A DNA stretch of 64,000 nt, from the NCBI GenBank assembly GCA_964016885.1, contig OZ024741.1:95294001-95358000 (forward strand), in the 5' to 3' direction. A model generated the notes under the pieces. The model was given only the letters and a program-made list of their open reading frames with translations, was not told the origin of the DNA and made no database searches. How positions within the stretch are numbered: position 1 is the stretch's first letter; each line of letters starts with the position of its first letter. Positions 40,205 through 55,489 of the stretch are shown piece by piece. The position numbers and the translations under genes were made by a program. This DNA is from Eledone cirrhosa (Eukaryota).

Positions 40205-40540
40205 TGAAAATCAGTCATATGGAACTATTGTCATCTTGCCTGACGGTTTGAACTTTACAAAACCACCTGCCTCTTTGAGGTCAAATACCAACCCTACTAC
40301 CATCTACAAACTGACCAATGAAAATCAAGACTATTCCTGCTGACAACATTAATTTATTCCTAACAAGCTCATATGTCCCAAGGCTCTGATACCATCAACA
40401 CTATAAACACAGAGCTGGCATATCTCAGAACTGACTAACTGCCTGATGAGGTCATAGCCATTCAATGGCTATCATCGAAATATATATAGCAGTAAATAAA
40501 GGATTATGAGTTCATGCAATTGACTTATGTTTTGTCACTA
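40205..40540 (+). mobile_element. Penelope-like element 3' end
   Basis: PDGLN at 40239-40253 (PxGLN is typical of the PLE GIY-YIG C-terminus), then a hammerhead; ends in (AT)n. Confidence 0.6.
40438..40493 (+). ncRNA. Minimal type I hammerhead ribozyme
   Basis: actgc-CTGATGA-g..atagccat/atggctat..c-GAAA-tatatATA-gcagt. Confidence 0.8.
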
Positions 40541-40718
40541 TATATATATATATATACATACACACATGCACTGTGTATACATTTTTGGGATACCCCATAT
40601 ATATATATATATATATATATACTAATTGTAGTTGATGAAAATATCCAAAATTTTAGAATAACTCAAGACTGTAGACATGCATCCTATTAATTATGAATTC
40701 TTTGTAGTGTAAATTGAT

Positions 40719-40789
<71 letters not shown>

Positions 40790-42336
40790 ATATATTGTTC
40801 TACACATTTCTAAACCCTCTCACTTCATTATCACCATTCATCCTCCCCTCATACACACATGCACACACATACAACCCTTGTTAAGACTATCTACTTTGGT
40901 TGAATTATTGGATTAATTCTAAAATTGCCAGAATTAATGCTTTAATCTTCCTAGCTGTAGGAATAATCCTTTTATGAAAGCCATACCATGTAAAATACTC
41001 TTTTTTTTTGCTGCTGGTTGTCTTGTCTGTTGCAGCAAAACCTGGGTTGGCCTATCCAGCTGCCTTACACTTCACATTCAAATCAGTTTATAGTTGTCTG
41101 CGATTACAAATTTATAGTAATCCACTTGAAAACTCTTCTTTAGCTTTTTGTTTTCTGTTGTTGCTGCTTCTATTGTTGTTATTGTTGTTGTTGTCTTTGT
41201 TGCTGTTGTTATTTCTGCCTACCCCCTCCCCACTTATACTTATTTTTTTAAATACTAAATAATAATTGTGTTAGGTAGGATTGGAAATTGGCAGAAATTA
41301 TATTGTAGTAGACTAAATATGGCTTACTGTATTGAGTTTTCTTCTGTCTTTTTTTCTAACTGGAAATATAACTATTAATAAACACAATCTATACATTAAT
41401 ATATAAATACAATTTATATTTAAAAAAATTATATAATATAAAAAAGGAAAAAGGTGAGAGAAAACCTGCACACTCAGTCACACACCATAACAAGGAGCAC
41501 TGGAGTTTCCCTGTAATTATTTTTTAGGCAAGCCAAACACACTTGCTGCTTTGCCACAGGTGATAGCATGACTAAGACACAAGCATCACCTGATACGTCA
41601 GTGAGGTGAACCACCAACAATGACAAGAACCTCATTGTCAGCATCCTAGCTGCAGCTCCTCCTAATATCACAGGCTCCAAAAATATAGTTTGTGGATAAT
41701 TCCTGGTTTAGGTTCAATACCTGCTGTATTATGTCTTCTATTACCTCTCAGTCAGTTGACATAAACGACTCACTTGACTTATAAAACTGAAAACATTTAG
41801 TCTTGTGCCTTGTTAAAAACATATAGATATATATTTATTTACTCTTTTAAACTTTTATTTCTTTACCTGTTCCAGCCCATGAGCTGTGGTCATTCTGGGG
41901 CATTGTTTTATTTATTTATCTATTTTCTACTGCAATTGCTGAACAATTACAGGTAAACTGCATTTCTGATGGCAAGATTGACTATGTTATGTCTGTAAAT
42001 CAACGCAGAAAAAATATCACAGAGGACTTCATTTGAAGAGCACTGGTTTTACGGTTTCTTCACTGATGTTTTGCATTTGTTGATAAACATTGCTGATATA
42101 TATATATATATCAGACCACATTGTAAATCTTGCCTCAAGTGGGACAAAACTGTCCGACCCTGCTAGCGTGGAAGATGGACGTTAAATGATGATGATCATG
42201 AGGATTGATGATATATATAATATATATAGTTGACAGATGAAAGAAAAAAAAGTACTCAGCACCAAAGTAGAGTTTAGATATTCATTTATTATGGTGAGTC
42301 TTGTTACCCTGGAGTTTCCCTTGTGAATTCACAGAA

Positions 42337-42645
42337 TCATCATCATCATCATCATCATCGTTTAACGTCTATCTTCCACGCTAGCATGGGTTAGATGGAA
42401 GTTGTCCCACTTGAGGCAAGATTGGTCGGGTGACCGTGTCTTGCTCATATTAGACTATCTGGCAGGTTTTCTACGGCTGGATGCCCTTCCCAACACCAAC
42501 CACATTTACAGTGTGGACTGGGAACTTTTTATATATATATATAAAATGAGGTTGGTGTTAGGAAGGGCATCCAGCTGTAGAAATCAAGCCAGAATCAGTT
42601 CCCGTCCCACCCTTGCAAGCAGGGAAAAAGCGGACGTCAAATGAA
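42337..42645. mobile_element. RTE family B 3' UTR (minus) joined back-to-back to a CORE-SINE 3' fragment (plus)
   Basis: 42337-42530 matches the LINE tail and 42545-42645 matches the SINE tail; short (AT)n between them. Confidence 0.8.
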
Positions 42646-44117
42646 ATATATACATGCACATACAATGGGCTTCTGTACAGTTTCCTTCTAACAAACTCCA
42701 CACACAAGGCTTTTGGGCAACCTGAGGCTATAGTAGATGATACTTCCCTAAGGTTCCACATAATAGAACTAAACCCAAACCCACAGATGTGAACTGAACT
42801 TGTTAACCGCTTAACGGTGCCTTTAGTGAAACTTCTTTGAATTTCTATTTTTTCTTTTTCTATTCATACTTAATTGTGTGTAGTTTCTATTAAGTGTTGT
42901 TTCAACTGAATGGATAAAATGTTGGCTGTTTGACTGAAGGAAATCTTAACTCCATATCTATAATCACAAGTATGTGACTAGTTGGTGAGGCAATAGAGCA
43001 GAGAGAGTATAATGAAGAGTATTTGAGGATAGGGAGTCTTTGAGTAAACCATTGAATCTTAACCTACTTACTATTTATATCAAGCATGTCAAACATGTGG
43101 CCTGCGGTCCACCTGCAGCCCTTTACAAGCACACCTGCAACCTGCACAAAGGTTTTTACAGTGCGAGCATGTTTTATCTTCGTAATATAGAATAAAAAGA
43201 TTAGTTGTAATGAGCGCAATTAGTAAAGAAAGTAAAAGTGGAAAGAAGAGAAAGTGAGAAAGACGGAAGAGATATTGAGAGTGGAAAGGGCAAGAGAGAA
43301 TGAGAGAGAGGGATTCCAAGTAATGTTTGAGACCTAAATGTACATTTATGTATAGAAGTTAACTTATTATGAAGTCAGAATTGTAATAATGCACCATTCA
43401 ATACTTACTGTATCATAAGTGTTATGGTAATTGTTTCTAGAACAAACTAGAAATTTCAGGCTATGGGAAGTTGATCATGTTGATTCAGTAATTAATTAGT
43501 ACTTTATTTTATCAACCCTGAAAGGATGAAAGGTAAAGTTGAACTCAGAAGAAATACTGCAAAGTATTTTGTTTGATGTTCTAAAGATTCTGCTAATCCA
43601 ATGCATTAAAAAGTGCTAAGTCATTGGAAATTTTTCTCAGTCACTTTTCTGAAAATTTGAACAATTTGAAATCTAGTTTTTTACAGTATCAAATACAATG
43701 TACACACATAAGCAGGCAATGAACTGCTTTTTGTATTATTTTTTCAGAAATGATACAAATCATTGTGACATGTGCAGAAAAGCCATTAAAAAGAATTCTA
43801 AATGAAAAAAAAAAAAAAAAAAAAATCTAGCGCAATCACTATAGTGTAACTGGTAGAGACTTTTGGTATTCTGGGTCCTTGTACCACCTCCATACCTTTC
43901 AAGATGGAATTGGCCACCCACATGAGTGAGCCCTATCCTCTTGGGTAAACACTTTCTCTATTCTGTCTGCTGGGACCATGTGGCAACATATACTGGGGAT
44001 TCTGTACATTGGAGAGGCACAACAGATGAACAGGGTAGTGGGGTGAATGACAACCTTTCACCGACTGGTTTGTGCAGTTACCACTGGACACTACATACAT
44101 ACACAATACACTACTAA

Positions 44118-44328
44118 CGCTTTAGCATTTATATTACTCTATATTTACTATTATATTTTCACAGTAAAGGCTTTACCTCACATAAGTATCTCACATAATA
44201 TCGAATCTATGAGATTTTGATATTATTTATTTTGAGAAAAATACCTTAACATCAGTATGAGTGGCCAGTTTGAACAGAGAGAAGTGAGAAAATTCTGGTT
44301 GGATATGGCCAGTTTAAATGCTAAAGGG
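44118..44328 (-). mobile_element. piggyBac-type MITE (family 1)
   Basis: TIR CCCTTTAGCATTTA, TTAA-like flanks. Confidence 0.8.
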
Positions 44329-44897
44329 TTAAGCTAATTTTCCATGTTTGAAGTGTATATACAAACAATCGCTCAATATTTTAGTTTGTTCTAGAAAAAT
44401 ATTAAATTTATGTGAGGTTTATTTAGCTAAACTATGCTTGCTAAATCTCAGGTCAGTTTGAAGTAAACAAGTTTAGATAACTCAGATTTCTAATGTGGCA
44501 CACATTTCTTATGTATGTTTTGCACCTCAAATAATAAAGTTTCTAAATAAGTCTTAAAATATCCTGGCTACCAAACTGAGTTCTCCTAATTAAGTTTCTT
44601 AAGAATTTCATTCAAGCTCTCTACTCTCTGCCAATGCCACCGTAATGATTTGGTTCTGTACCAAAATATAGATGGGCTCCAATTTCTTATCTAAATCAAT
44701 ACTTCTGTTTGAAATTGTTCCATTGTTTGTTTAGAAGAATATTGGAAAGCCAACCTTTTTCTCCACTTCTCGCTTTATATCCATTGTTTTTGCCTAAAAT
44801 TTTAGCACCTCTTCGTCTCAAAATCTTACTTTATATTTTTCATATAATTCCCATTCTTCACCTCTCATTTTCTTCACTTTCTTCTTGGCATATTGGA

Positions 44898-44962
<65 letters not shown>

Positions 44963-45190
44963 TGTGTGTGTTCCATTTGGAACTCTTCAAATTTCTCTTT
45001 CCCTCTCTCTATCTCATTAACTCTGTTTCTCTGTTCCCCTCTCAATAACATGTTTATATGTACCTAATTTTCAGCATCTCAAATTTCTTTTTTTCTTCTG
45101 TCTGTCTCTTTGTCTAGCCCTTGCTCTATATCTCTCTCTCCAATATGTATGTTTGTCAACAAACACAAAAGTAATGAAAGTGTCTGTTAA

Positions 45191-45407
45191 CCCTTTAACA
45201 TTTAAACTAGCCATATCCGGCCAGAATTCTCTCACCTCTTTCTGTTAAAACCGGCTGTAAATGGCCATACCGATGTTAAGGCATTGTTCTCAAAATAAAT
45301 AATATCAAAGTCTCATAGCTTCAATATTATTTGAGATAATTATGTGAGATAAAGCTTTTATTGTGAAAATACCATAGTAAATATAGAGAAATGTAAATGC
45401 TAAAGGG
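45191..45407 (+). mobile_element. piggyBac-type MITE (family 1)
   Basis: TTAA|CCCTTTAACATTTA...TAAATGCTAAAGGG|TTAA. Confidence 0.85.
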
Positions 45408-48400
45408 TTAAATTCCTACCTGGTCTTTTTCCTTATCTTTACACACACACACTTCATTATTAGCATAATCATGAAGTGAGTTTTTCAATGTTTTTTGTAT
45501 TGCTATTATTCTTACCATCACACTCACTCCCTCTCCAAACTCTGCATTGCACTCTCTCCCTCTCCAAACTCTGCATTACACTCTTTGCCTATTCCTTTCC
45601 CCTATCCAACCACAACCACTTCCATACCACCACCAAGTACTACAGCTGTCTGGAACTCTCTCATCCTGTTTACATTCTCCTTGGACCCATCAGTCTGCAC
45701 AAGTTTAAGTTTTACATTTATTGCACTAAACTTACCAATCTAGGAAGGCCTTGTAAATGTCATGAGTGCCACCACACCTCTTCTATGCACAAAACCTCAG
45801 CACTGAAAACAGTCTATGAACTGTCTTCTTCTCTGCTGATAATCTGGATCTTTATCAACTTGGTCAGTTGCATAGCTCCCTCCTCTCCCCTCTAATTATG
45901 TGTAGGCACTTGATTAAATTCATAGCCCCTATCATGTTTAAGTTCCGCTTGTATCATCATATTAGGTAACTTAAGTTAAATTTAACCCTTTCATAATTCT
46001 GTTTCTAATGAAAAATCCTGCTTATATAATTTTCAAAGAATTTGGTAGAATTTAATGACATAACTAATTCTCTCATTATTAAGTTGTTGTTTAGAGCACA
46101 ACTTAACAAAGGTTCTTACATGAAATTGTGATGGAAGACAGGTTTTTAGATAAGTATAAACACTTTAAACAAGCAATTTTGTATTGTAGAATCAGGGGCG
46201 GTTTCAGGTGGGTTAGTATGAAACAGATTGTTAGTTCTCAGATGTTCTGTGTTTTTCTCATATATTCTTAAGAAGTAGAAGATATCTCAGAAACTGAAGT
46301 CTTTTATCTTTGTGTTAATTTTAAATTATTAATATATATATATCAGATATTATAAGCTCCAGTTTGAGACAAAAAAAGCAACTGTCCGATTGACATCATG
46401 TATCTGTCAGTTACTAGCTGACCAATTTACTGATTGCATTTCTCTATATTAACCTTTTCATTGGTGTATTTCTAATGGGATACTTTGTATTCTAACCCTT
46501 TCATGACCATATTTCTAATGATATATACTATATTTCAATTAATTAATGAAGAATTTTGAGGGATTTACTAAAATTATCAATTATTTCGCTACTAAGATTG
46601 TAACTTAATGTATAGTTCTTATATAAAATTATATTGGAAGATTTTAATTTAAATTAGAAATCTTTAAAATGGGTGGTCTTGTTTCACAGTACCAAAGCCA
46701 GTTTTGGTAGGGTTGGTAACTAAAGGGCTAAGTAATTAATGAAGAATTTGGGAAGTGTTTAGTCAAGATGATATTTGTAAAATACTCTTATATAAAATTA
46801 TGTTGGAAAGTTTTTATTTAAGGTGAAGCCCTTTAAAAAGGCAGTCTTGTTTCATAGAACCCAAGGCAGTTTTAAGCAGGTTGATATATAATTCTTACTA
46901 GTTTATGATTCAAAATTAGTTTTTTTTTTAAACTTTAGTATAAGGCCCTAAATTTTGTTGTTGTTGTTGTTGTTGTTGGTAGTGGTGGTGGTTATATAAT
47001 TGATTGACTTTATTTATCTTATATCACAATTAGTGAACAAGAGCATTGTGGGTTACAAATTTTGAACAGGTCACTTACTTGTTCACTACATTTCTGATGG
47101 CAAGAATAATGAGGGAGTGTCTTAAACTTGGTACAGAGCAAACAACTCAAAAGCTTTTGTTCATAAAGCAGCAGTTTTTCGATTTTCTCACTGATGTTTA
47201 TATACTTTACTGATATACATTGGGTGAAAGACACACACATGGGCTTCCACATAGTTTTCATGTCCCAAATGTTTGCCACAACGTATTGGTCAACCAAATA
47301 CTCTGTTAGAAGACATACGCTCAAGGTGCCATGAATTGAGATCAAATCCAGAGCTATGCTGTTGCAAAGTGAACTTTTTATTTACACATCCCTCTCTGTT
47401 ACCTATTTATCAACTTTATTGATGTGAAAGACTGTAGCAAGATTTCTATTCAAACCAGTTCAGATTACAATTTCTGCCATTTCCCTGTTATGTAATTCTA
47501 TAAACTGCTCACTCTATTTCTCTCATAAAACATGGACTCCAGTGAGAATTCTATACCCCCCCCCCCCAAAAAAAAAACACATTTGAAGATTATTTCTGAG
47601 TCTTATCCTTTCTTGCTGTTCTTTCTCGGAATATTTTCCCCTTGTTCTTCTAAGTATTTTCTTCATTGCTTTCATTGCTGTTCTTTCTGGGAGTTTAATT
47701 TTCCTTACTCTGCTTTCTTAATTTTGTTTCTACTGTTCTCTATTCTAATCTCTCTCTCTCTCTCTCTTTCTTCGTGCTGATTGTGTTCTATTAAACTATA
47801 TATATACATTTTTCTAAACAGCCTTTGTCCTGATAAAAAAAGCAAACATGAAAGTAAATATAAACTGAGATCAAAAATATCTCCCTTTGTGGCTGTCTCA
47901 TTCTATTTACCACAATTTCTACCTACCATAATCCTTCTGACAATATACACTTGTCACACTAACACTTTTTATTTATATCTACATAGTAGGTTTGAGATTT
48001 CTTTGAATCCTATACATACTTATTTATCAAGCCCTTTTTTTATAAAAATACATTAATGTTTTTTTATTGTATTTACTCTTCCCTCAATGTTAATCAAGGT
48101 TTTTATTGTGAAATCGTTTCTTTGTTACTCCCCACCCCAAGTTATAACACTACCCATGACCCCTTTCAGAGTCTCCAAGATTGGGGTAGGTAGGGTGCAA
48201 AAGGGGAAGGTGTCTTCAAACCAAAGGCCTGGTTCAAATGTTTCTTGTGGCGTGGACTGCGTTTAGTCAGACAAGGACCAGCTGTTACCCAATTTAATAC
48301 AACCACCTTGTCCTTGGGGACGTTTAATGGAGTTCATTCTGTTGTAAATATTCAGAGCAGGTTTCTGGCTTGAGGATGCCTTCTTTTCTCCCTTCCACAA

Positions 48401-48509
48401 GTCTTGGGGATACTGAAGAAAGTCATTGGCTTTGCCTTAACCCACGACTGGATTAACTAACCATGTTTTGGACATCAAGGGAATAAGAGCACCATTTTAT
48501 TCAAATTAG

Positions 48510-48717
48510 CCCTTTAGCATTCAAACTGGCCATATCCGGCCGGAATTCTCTCACCTCTTTCTGTTCAAACTGGTCGTAATTGGCCACTCATACTGATGTT
48601 AAAGTATTGTTCTCAAAATAGATAATATCAAAATCTTATAGATTCAATATTATGTCAGATAAAGGGTTTACTGTGAAAATACATTTGTAGATATAGAGTA
48701 ATGTAAAGGCTAAAGGG
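48510..48717 (+). mobile_element. piggyBac-type MITE (family 1)
   Basis: Same TIRs and body as 45191-45407. Confidence 0.8.
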
Positions 48718-49175
48718 TTAAATCTATTTGTCATAAAAAAAATTGCGGACTTTAAATATGGTGGTGGTGAGGAGCACCATATTCTTCCTTTCTCTGAGAT
48801 ACTGCCCAACAACAAGTGGTTAACCTTATCCACTTGCCATTGGACAGTAACTTATTACAATATCTACACTCTACTTTCTTAGTATTGAGTACTAAGCTGA
48901 AGAATAGACTTATGGGTAACTCCCAATCTCTCTCCCTCTCTCTCTCCATATATATTTTCTGCTTGTAGAGCTGTTTTTATGTGCCTGTGTATATGCGTAT
49001 ATTTATGAGAACATATATGTATGTATTTGTATGAGTGGCCATTCGTATGTATGCGTATAGTTGTGTGTACGTGCGTTCATATGTACCTGCATATGGGCAT
49101 GTATGTGTATGTTTGTGTATATATATATATATATATACACACACACTGGACTACCTATAACAATAATTTGTTACC

Positions 49176-49231
<56 letters not shown>

Positions 49232-49280
49232 ATATATATGTATATATATATGTGTATATGTATGTGTGTGTGTGTATATA

Positions 49281-50678
49281 TCATCATCATCATCATCTTT
49301 GTTTAACGTCCATTTTCCACGATAGCATGGGTTAGACGGGAGTTGTCCCACTTGAGGCAAGGCTAGTCGTGTGACCGTGTCTTGCTCATATAGGACTATC
49401 TGGCAGGTTTTCTACGGCTGGATGCCCTTCCTAACACCAACCACATTTACAGTGTGGAACTTTTTACCATGTTACCTACACAGCCACATTACGGCGGGGA
49501 CTGTGTGTGTTTTTTGTCGTGACACCTACACGAACTCAATCTCATTTTCTCGTGCGGTTGGTCGGAGTGGGAGGATAGGGTAGGAGTAGTAGATTGGGTT
49601 GTATATTTGGTTAAGAGGTGCCTACTGACTAGGTTTCGCTTTGTACATAGGCAAGGCGGATCTTCTGTATTACTGAGTAGCGCCAAAGATCTCGGTCCAG
49701 AGACATTGTCTTAGAGAGATGTAAGTGTGTGAGGTCGGAATTTATCAGATCATCCCAGGTTTTTCTGGGCCTACTGACTCCGTAACTACCATCAATTTTG
49801 ATCGCCCTGCACTTTTTTATACAGCTGTCGTCTTTCATGCGCACCACGTGACCGTACCAACGTCGTCTTCTCTCAAGTAAACAGCATCTGATCCCTCTTA
49901 TTCCTAATTTCTCACTTAGTTCATTTATGCTTTGCCGTTCACGTATATTACTATTATACATCCAATGGAGCACGTATGCTTCATTCCTTTCCAGTCTACG
50001 CAGGTCCTCTGTACGCAATGCCCATGTCTCACTGCCATGTAGCATTGCTGTTCGTATACAGGCATCATACAATCTGCCTTTCATTTTTAGAGAGAAACCT
50101 TTTGTGACCAACAGCGGTATAAGCTCTCTGAACTTTTTCCATCCCGTTCTGACTCTTCACCACTGCTGATTTCGTCACCCAGGTAACGGAAAGTGTCTAC
50201 TATTTCTATAGAACCATCTATAATGGAAGGAGCTAGTATCCTTTGGACACTTGCTACTTATTGCACCTGAGCATTGGCCACATATAAAGTCTACGTTCTT
50301 AGATAGTTTACCTGTGATCCCACTACATCTTTTATGTACCCATACTTTGCATTTGGGACATAAAATGGAATTTCTGCCTACTCCTTTCCTACACACTGAG
50401 CATGGCCATTTCCCTGAGGGCACCTGTGCCCTATTTTCCTTTCTACAAACTAGAACTTTAGTCTTAGACAAGTTAACTTTAAGGCCTTTTTATTCTAGGC
50501 CATGCTTCCATGTTTCGAATTTCTTCTCTAGTTCAGCCATTGATTCAGCTATGAGCGTTAGATCATCTGCGTATAGGAGTTCCCATGGGCAGCCGGTCTT
50601 GAACTCCTCTGTTATAGCCTGAAGGGCAATAATAAATAAGAGGGGGCTAAGGACAGAGCCTTGATGAACACCAACTTT
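49281..50678 (-). pseudogene. RTE LINE (family B) fragment including the reverse transcriptase core
   Basis: [29 protein letters not shown]4HC3 finger, RRRRWYGH; frameshifted; 3' UTR and (ATG)n. Confidence 0.93.
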
Positions 50679-50696
50679 TATATATATATATATATA

Positions 50697-50745
<49 letters not shown>

Positions 50746-50810
50746 GTGTATCTATGTGTGTATATATATATATATATGTGTATATTTATATATATGTGTA
50801 TGTGTGTATT

Positions 50811-50864
<54 letters not shown>

Positions 50865-50992
50865 CATGTATGTAGGTGTATGTGTGTGTGTATGTATATG
50901 TATGTGTGTATATGTATGTATGTATGTATGTGTATATATGTATATATATATATACATGTATGTATGTGTGTGTGTATGTATATGTATGTATG

Positions 50993-51037
<45 letters not shown>

Positions 51038-51117
51038 GTGTGTATGTGTATATATATATATATATATATAATATATATATACATGTATGTATGTGAGTGT
51101 ATATATGTGTGTGTATG

Positions 51118-51192
<75 letters not shown>

Positions 51193-51428
51193 ATATGTGT
51201 GTGTGTATATATGTGTATATATGTATGTTAAACGAAGATGATGATGATGATATATATATATTTGTGTATGTGTATTTATGTATATGTGTAGATGTGTTTG
51301 TATATATATATATTAATAAGAGGAATTCCAACTTTGTCTGATTTACTCGTTTTATTTACAATCCTTTAACATTTATAATGGTATTATAATGAAATAGTAT
51401 GATAGAATATTAAATGTTAAGCGTTAAT

Positions 51429-51467
51429 TGAACAAGTACTTTCATGCTTTTGCAATCTTCAGGTTCA
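51429..51467 (-). ncRNA. Degenerate minimal hammerhead motif
   Basis: Reverse complement: tgaac-CTGAAGA-ttgc aaaa gcat-GAAA-gtaCTT-gttca; weak stem II and CUU triplet. Confidence 0.5.
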
Positions 51468-51509
51468 TAATGTGTGGTGATAGTCAAGTTTGCAATTTTC
51501 AACTGTGTT

Positions 51510-52085
51510 GGAGGCTTAGTGGTTAGAGCATTGGCCTTGCAATTGAAAGGTTGTGAGTTCAATTCTGAGACCGGGTGATGTGTTGTTTCTTTGAGCAAGA
51601 CACTTTATTTCACATTGCTCCAGTTTACTCGGCTGTAGAAATGAGATGATAGGGACTGGGGTTCATATCATTCGACTGCAAAGTGGTCGTGGAGCTGCCA
51701 CGGCAAAAAAGCACCCACCACTCACTGTAAATGAGGTTGGTGTTAGGAAGGGCATCCAGCTGTAGAAATCAAGCCAGAATCAGTTCCCGTCCCACCCTTG
51801 CAAGCAGGGAAAAGCGGACGTAAAATGATGATGATGATGATGATGATGATGATATATATGGAGGCACATGGGTTAGTGGTTAGAGCATTGGCCTTGCAAT
51901 CGAAAGGTTGTGAGTTCAATTCTCAGACCGAGTGATGTGTTGTTTCCTTGAGCAAGACACTTTATTTCACATTGCTTCACTTTACTCAGCTGTAGAAATG
52001 AGATGATAGAAATCAACCCAGAATCAGTTCCAGTCCCACCCTTGCAAGCAGGAAAAATCAGACGTAAAATGAAATGATGATGAAG
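51510..52085 (+). mobile_element. Two tandem CORE-type SINEs (second internally deleted)
   Basis: 51510-51851 and 51860-52085 match 2786-3129. Confidence 0.88.
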
Positions 52086-53372
52086 ATATATATATATATG
52101 TGTGTGTGTGTATGTGAATGTGTCTGTTGACACCTGTCATATAGCTTAAGAGAAACATGACAATAATGATAGGCACCCAATATTTGAACTGGTTTATAGA
52201 ATTCTCTTGGCCTTTGTCACTCTAAGAATTAGCTTTTAAAGAATTTCCCTTTTTTTTAAAATCCACCAACCATGACCCCCCCCCCCCCCCTAACCATCTT
52301 ATATATACCTGAAATATAGCATTGTTAGCTTAAGAGAAACTAACTTAAAAATAAGGAGTGGCACCCTAATTTGAACTTGTTTATAGAATTCTTTCCGCCT
52401 TTGTCACTCTAAATACTATTATAGCCTTAAAGAATTAGCTTTTAATGAATTCCCTTTTCTTTCAACCAATGACCTCCACCCATCCCACTCCCCACTATCT
52501 CCTACCACCAGAAAAGATATAAATACCACAACATTTATTTTGGACAGCCAGATTGCTGATGATTTCTAAAGAATGAAACAGTTCTAGTCCTGTAGAATCT
52601 CATCTATATTAAAACTATATATATATGTATATATATATAATTCAAGTTTTTAAAAAGTATATATATATATAGCCATATATCATTAGAGAAACACAGTATT
52701 TTGTACATATATATATATATATATATAGATATATATAGTATATAATACTTAGGAAACCCTATATACTTTAAGATGGAAAAGTTGATATCCCGTATGGCAC
52801 CATTTCATAGTTCCTAGAACTGTGTTTCTCTAATGATATATGGCTATATGAATTATTGATGCTCTGGACAAACGTCCATTGAGCTTTTTTGCTGAGAAAC
52901 CTTTTCATCATACATATATATGTTATGATACTTTAAATTAGTGTATATATATATAACAAACTATAAATATATATATTGAGCAGATATTGTAGGTGAATGA
53001 CCGAATTGGTTAGTGGAATATTGTTAGCTATCGCTAGTAAATAAAATAGCAATCAATTGATTTATCATCATCATCATCATCATCAACAACAGTTTTATGT
53101 CTGTTTTTCCATGCAGGCATTGATTGCACTAGATATTTTTGTGACATAATTGTATGTTTAGATACCTGCACTCACTTGTCTTTTAGGTATATTACAGATC
53201 TTTGTACATCTAACTACTAAGCTGTGAGGCCTCTGTTTATGCAGAACTTAAACAAATGACCATGCTTAATACATTGTGATTTTACATCCCTTTGCATTCT
53301 CAGTTTTAATTCTAACCAGATTCTCTTTGTTTTTTTATCCTTCTAAATAGCCATCAAAATAGTTATCAGCCA

Positions 53373-53409
<37 letters not shown>

Positions 53410-55489
53410 GTAAGTGGGAAAGTTCAACATACTAGCACAAACTCAGTTTGTCTAGTTCAATACACTGATATATATATATATATTCATGCAAGTTTGGTGG
53501 TTTACCACTGGATAGAACGGGTCACTCCTAATTATGCAAAACACACCTGATGATATTGGCAGGATTTTATGTGACCTGGCCATTGAAATATATATATAGT
53601 GTTTTTGAAACAATAAAACTTTAAGGGAACTTCACCAGTCTGGCCTCCTGCCATTTTAATCAAAACAATATATATATATGTGTATCCTAGGTTCAATTGG
53701 AGGTAACCCACAGTAAGTAAGGTACTCAATACATAGAGTATATATAAGATTTGGTATAGAAATGGCTTCTACAGGACTAGAACTGTTTTATTCGGAGGAA
53801 ATCATCAGGAAAGCCCTTTTATATATTGACAGACAAGAACATTTTTTTTTAGGATTGTGTAATTTGATACTTATGCTATTTTTTGTTTTGACTGCATGCC
53901 CATATATGGATTGTACTCCTTGATAAGTTCAGCTAGGTCTCTGCCGTCCTAATACTGCTGGGTTAGTTCGGATCTGGCTTTTGAAACAGCCAGAGCTCAG
54001 CCGTCGGGGTCCTGACTATTTTCCTATATATATATAAACCATGCCAAACCAAACTGGAATATATGAGCAGGATGTGGTCATCTGACTTGTCTTGTCTGAG
54101 AATCTGACAATCCATCCAACCCATGCCAGTGTGTAAAACAAATGTAAAACAGTGATGATGATACTTATTTAGTATTCAATCCTTGTCTAGTCATTAGTAA
54201 ATCTAAATTCAATTGTTGTACTTTCTCGTTTTTCCTCTACTTTTGATTTTTGTTTCAATACCTTTTTGTGTTTTTACTAGAATGATATAAAACTCAATAA
54301 TGTCTTGATCGTGATTGCTAACTACAAACTGGAAAGCTAAACATTTAGTGCATGACCCTTAGTTTACTTTTGATATGTGGCGGCAGTTGTTGTTGTTGTG
54401 GTGGTGGTGGTGGTGGTGGTGGTGGCTGTGGTGCTGGTGGTAGTGCTGCTGCTATTATGATTCTCTATAAGATGTTCCACTTCAATGTTTCAACCTTCTC
54501 TGGGTCATTATGTTGAGAATCTATCAGCTTTGCCGTGGTGGTGGTGGTGGTGGTGGTAATTTGATTATATTGTTCTCACTGCAAGTAATTTCATGATTTA
54601 CCTCAGTAGCAGCTATGGGTTGCCATCATACAACTGTAAATATAGTTGTTGTTGTTGTTGTTGCTGTATGTATATCTTAATTGCCATTAAGATTGTCTTA
54701 CTGAATCAGGACCCTAAAGTATGATATCAACTCTGTAGTTACTGTTTAGTAGAAATATAACTCTCATTTACAACTAGGGGACTAGTGGTGTCAATAATGC
54801 TGGTGATAATGGTGAACGAATCTATTTCATTTTTTAGTCCATGATTGGTATGCCACATATATCAAGATTACTGGATATATGAACAATCATGCAAACTTTG
54901 AAATTTGCAATTTAACCTCTTCAGTGCCATGGACGAGATAACTCCTTTCCAACAGTTCATAACTTCATTTTACTGAGAGAAAAAAAACAAACCCTGGCAC
55001 AGCAACTGTAGCTATGTAAAATATATGTGGCAGTCAACAGGTGGTTTACGTAAGAGAATCCCTATAGTTTATGTTGATTACTGACATGTGTAAGTGATTA
55101 ATGATAAAAATGATATTTTAATCATACAATTCTAGGATATAATTACATAAATGTTCAGCATGTATGTACAAATAACATACACGATTAAATGTATGACCAC
55201 CTTTAGAGAAATAACTATTTACAGTGACAAATGTAAGGTTAGAACCCAGAACCTTGTGATTGGAAGGCAAACTTCTTATTGTAGCAGCATGACTGATATA
55301 GGAAATGTATTGTTTGTATGTAAGTTTGTGTAAATTTTAAAGAATTACAGATGGGGTTATATATAACTAAACAAACACATGATAAATTATTATGGTTGAT
55401 AATGGTTTCATATTCTTGTTGAAAAACAAAACAAAAACCAATGTAATGTTTTAACTACACTTTTTAAGGTTTTAACTACAATTACAAAG

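Noticed and set aside
41474-41700. Possible exon or enhancer with an inverted ACAATG/CATTGT pair
   Set aside because: No convincing frame, and short motifs alone are insufficient
43081-43340. hAT-like MITE ends (CATGTCAAACATG / GTTTGAGACC)
   Set aside because: Too degenerate and no 8-bp TSD identified
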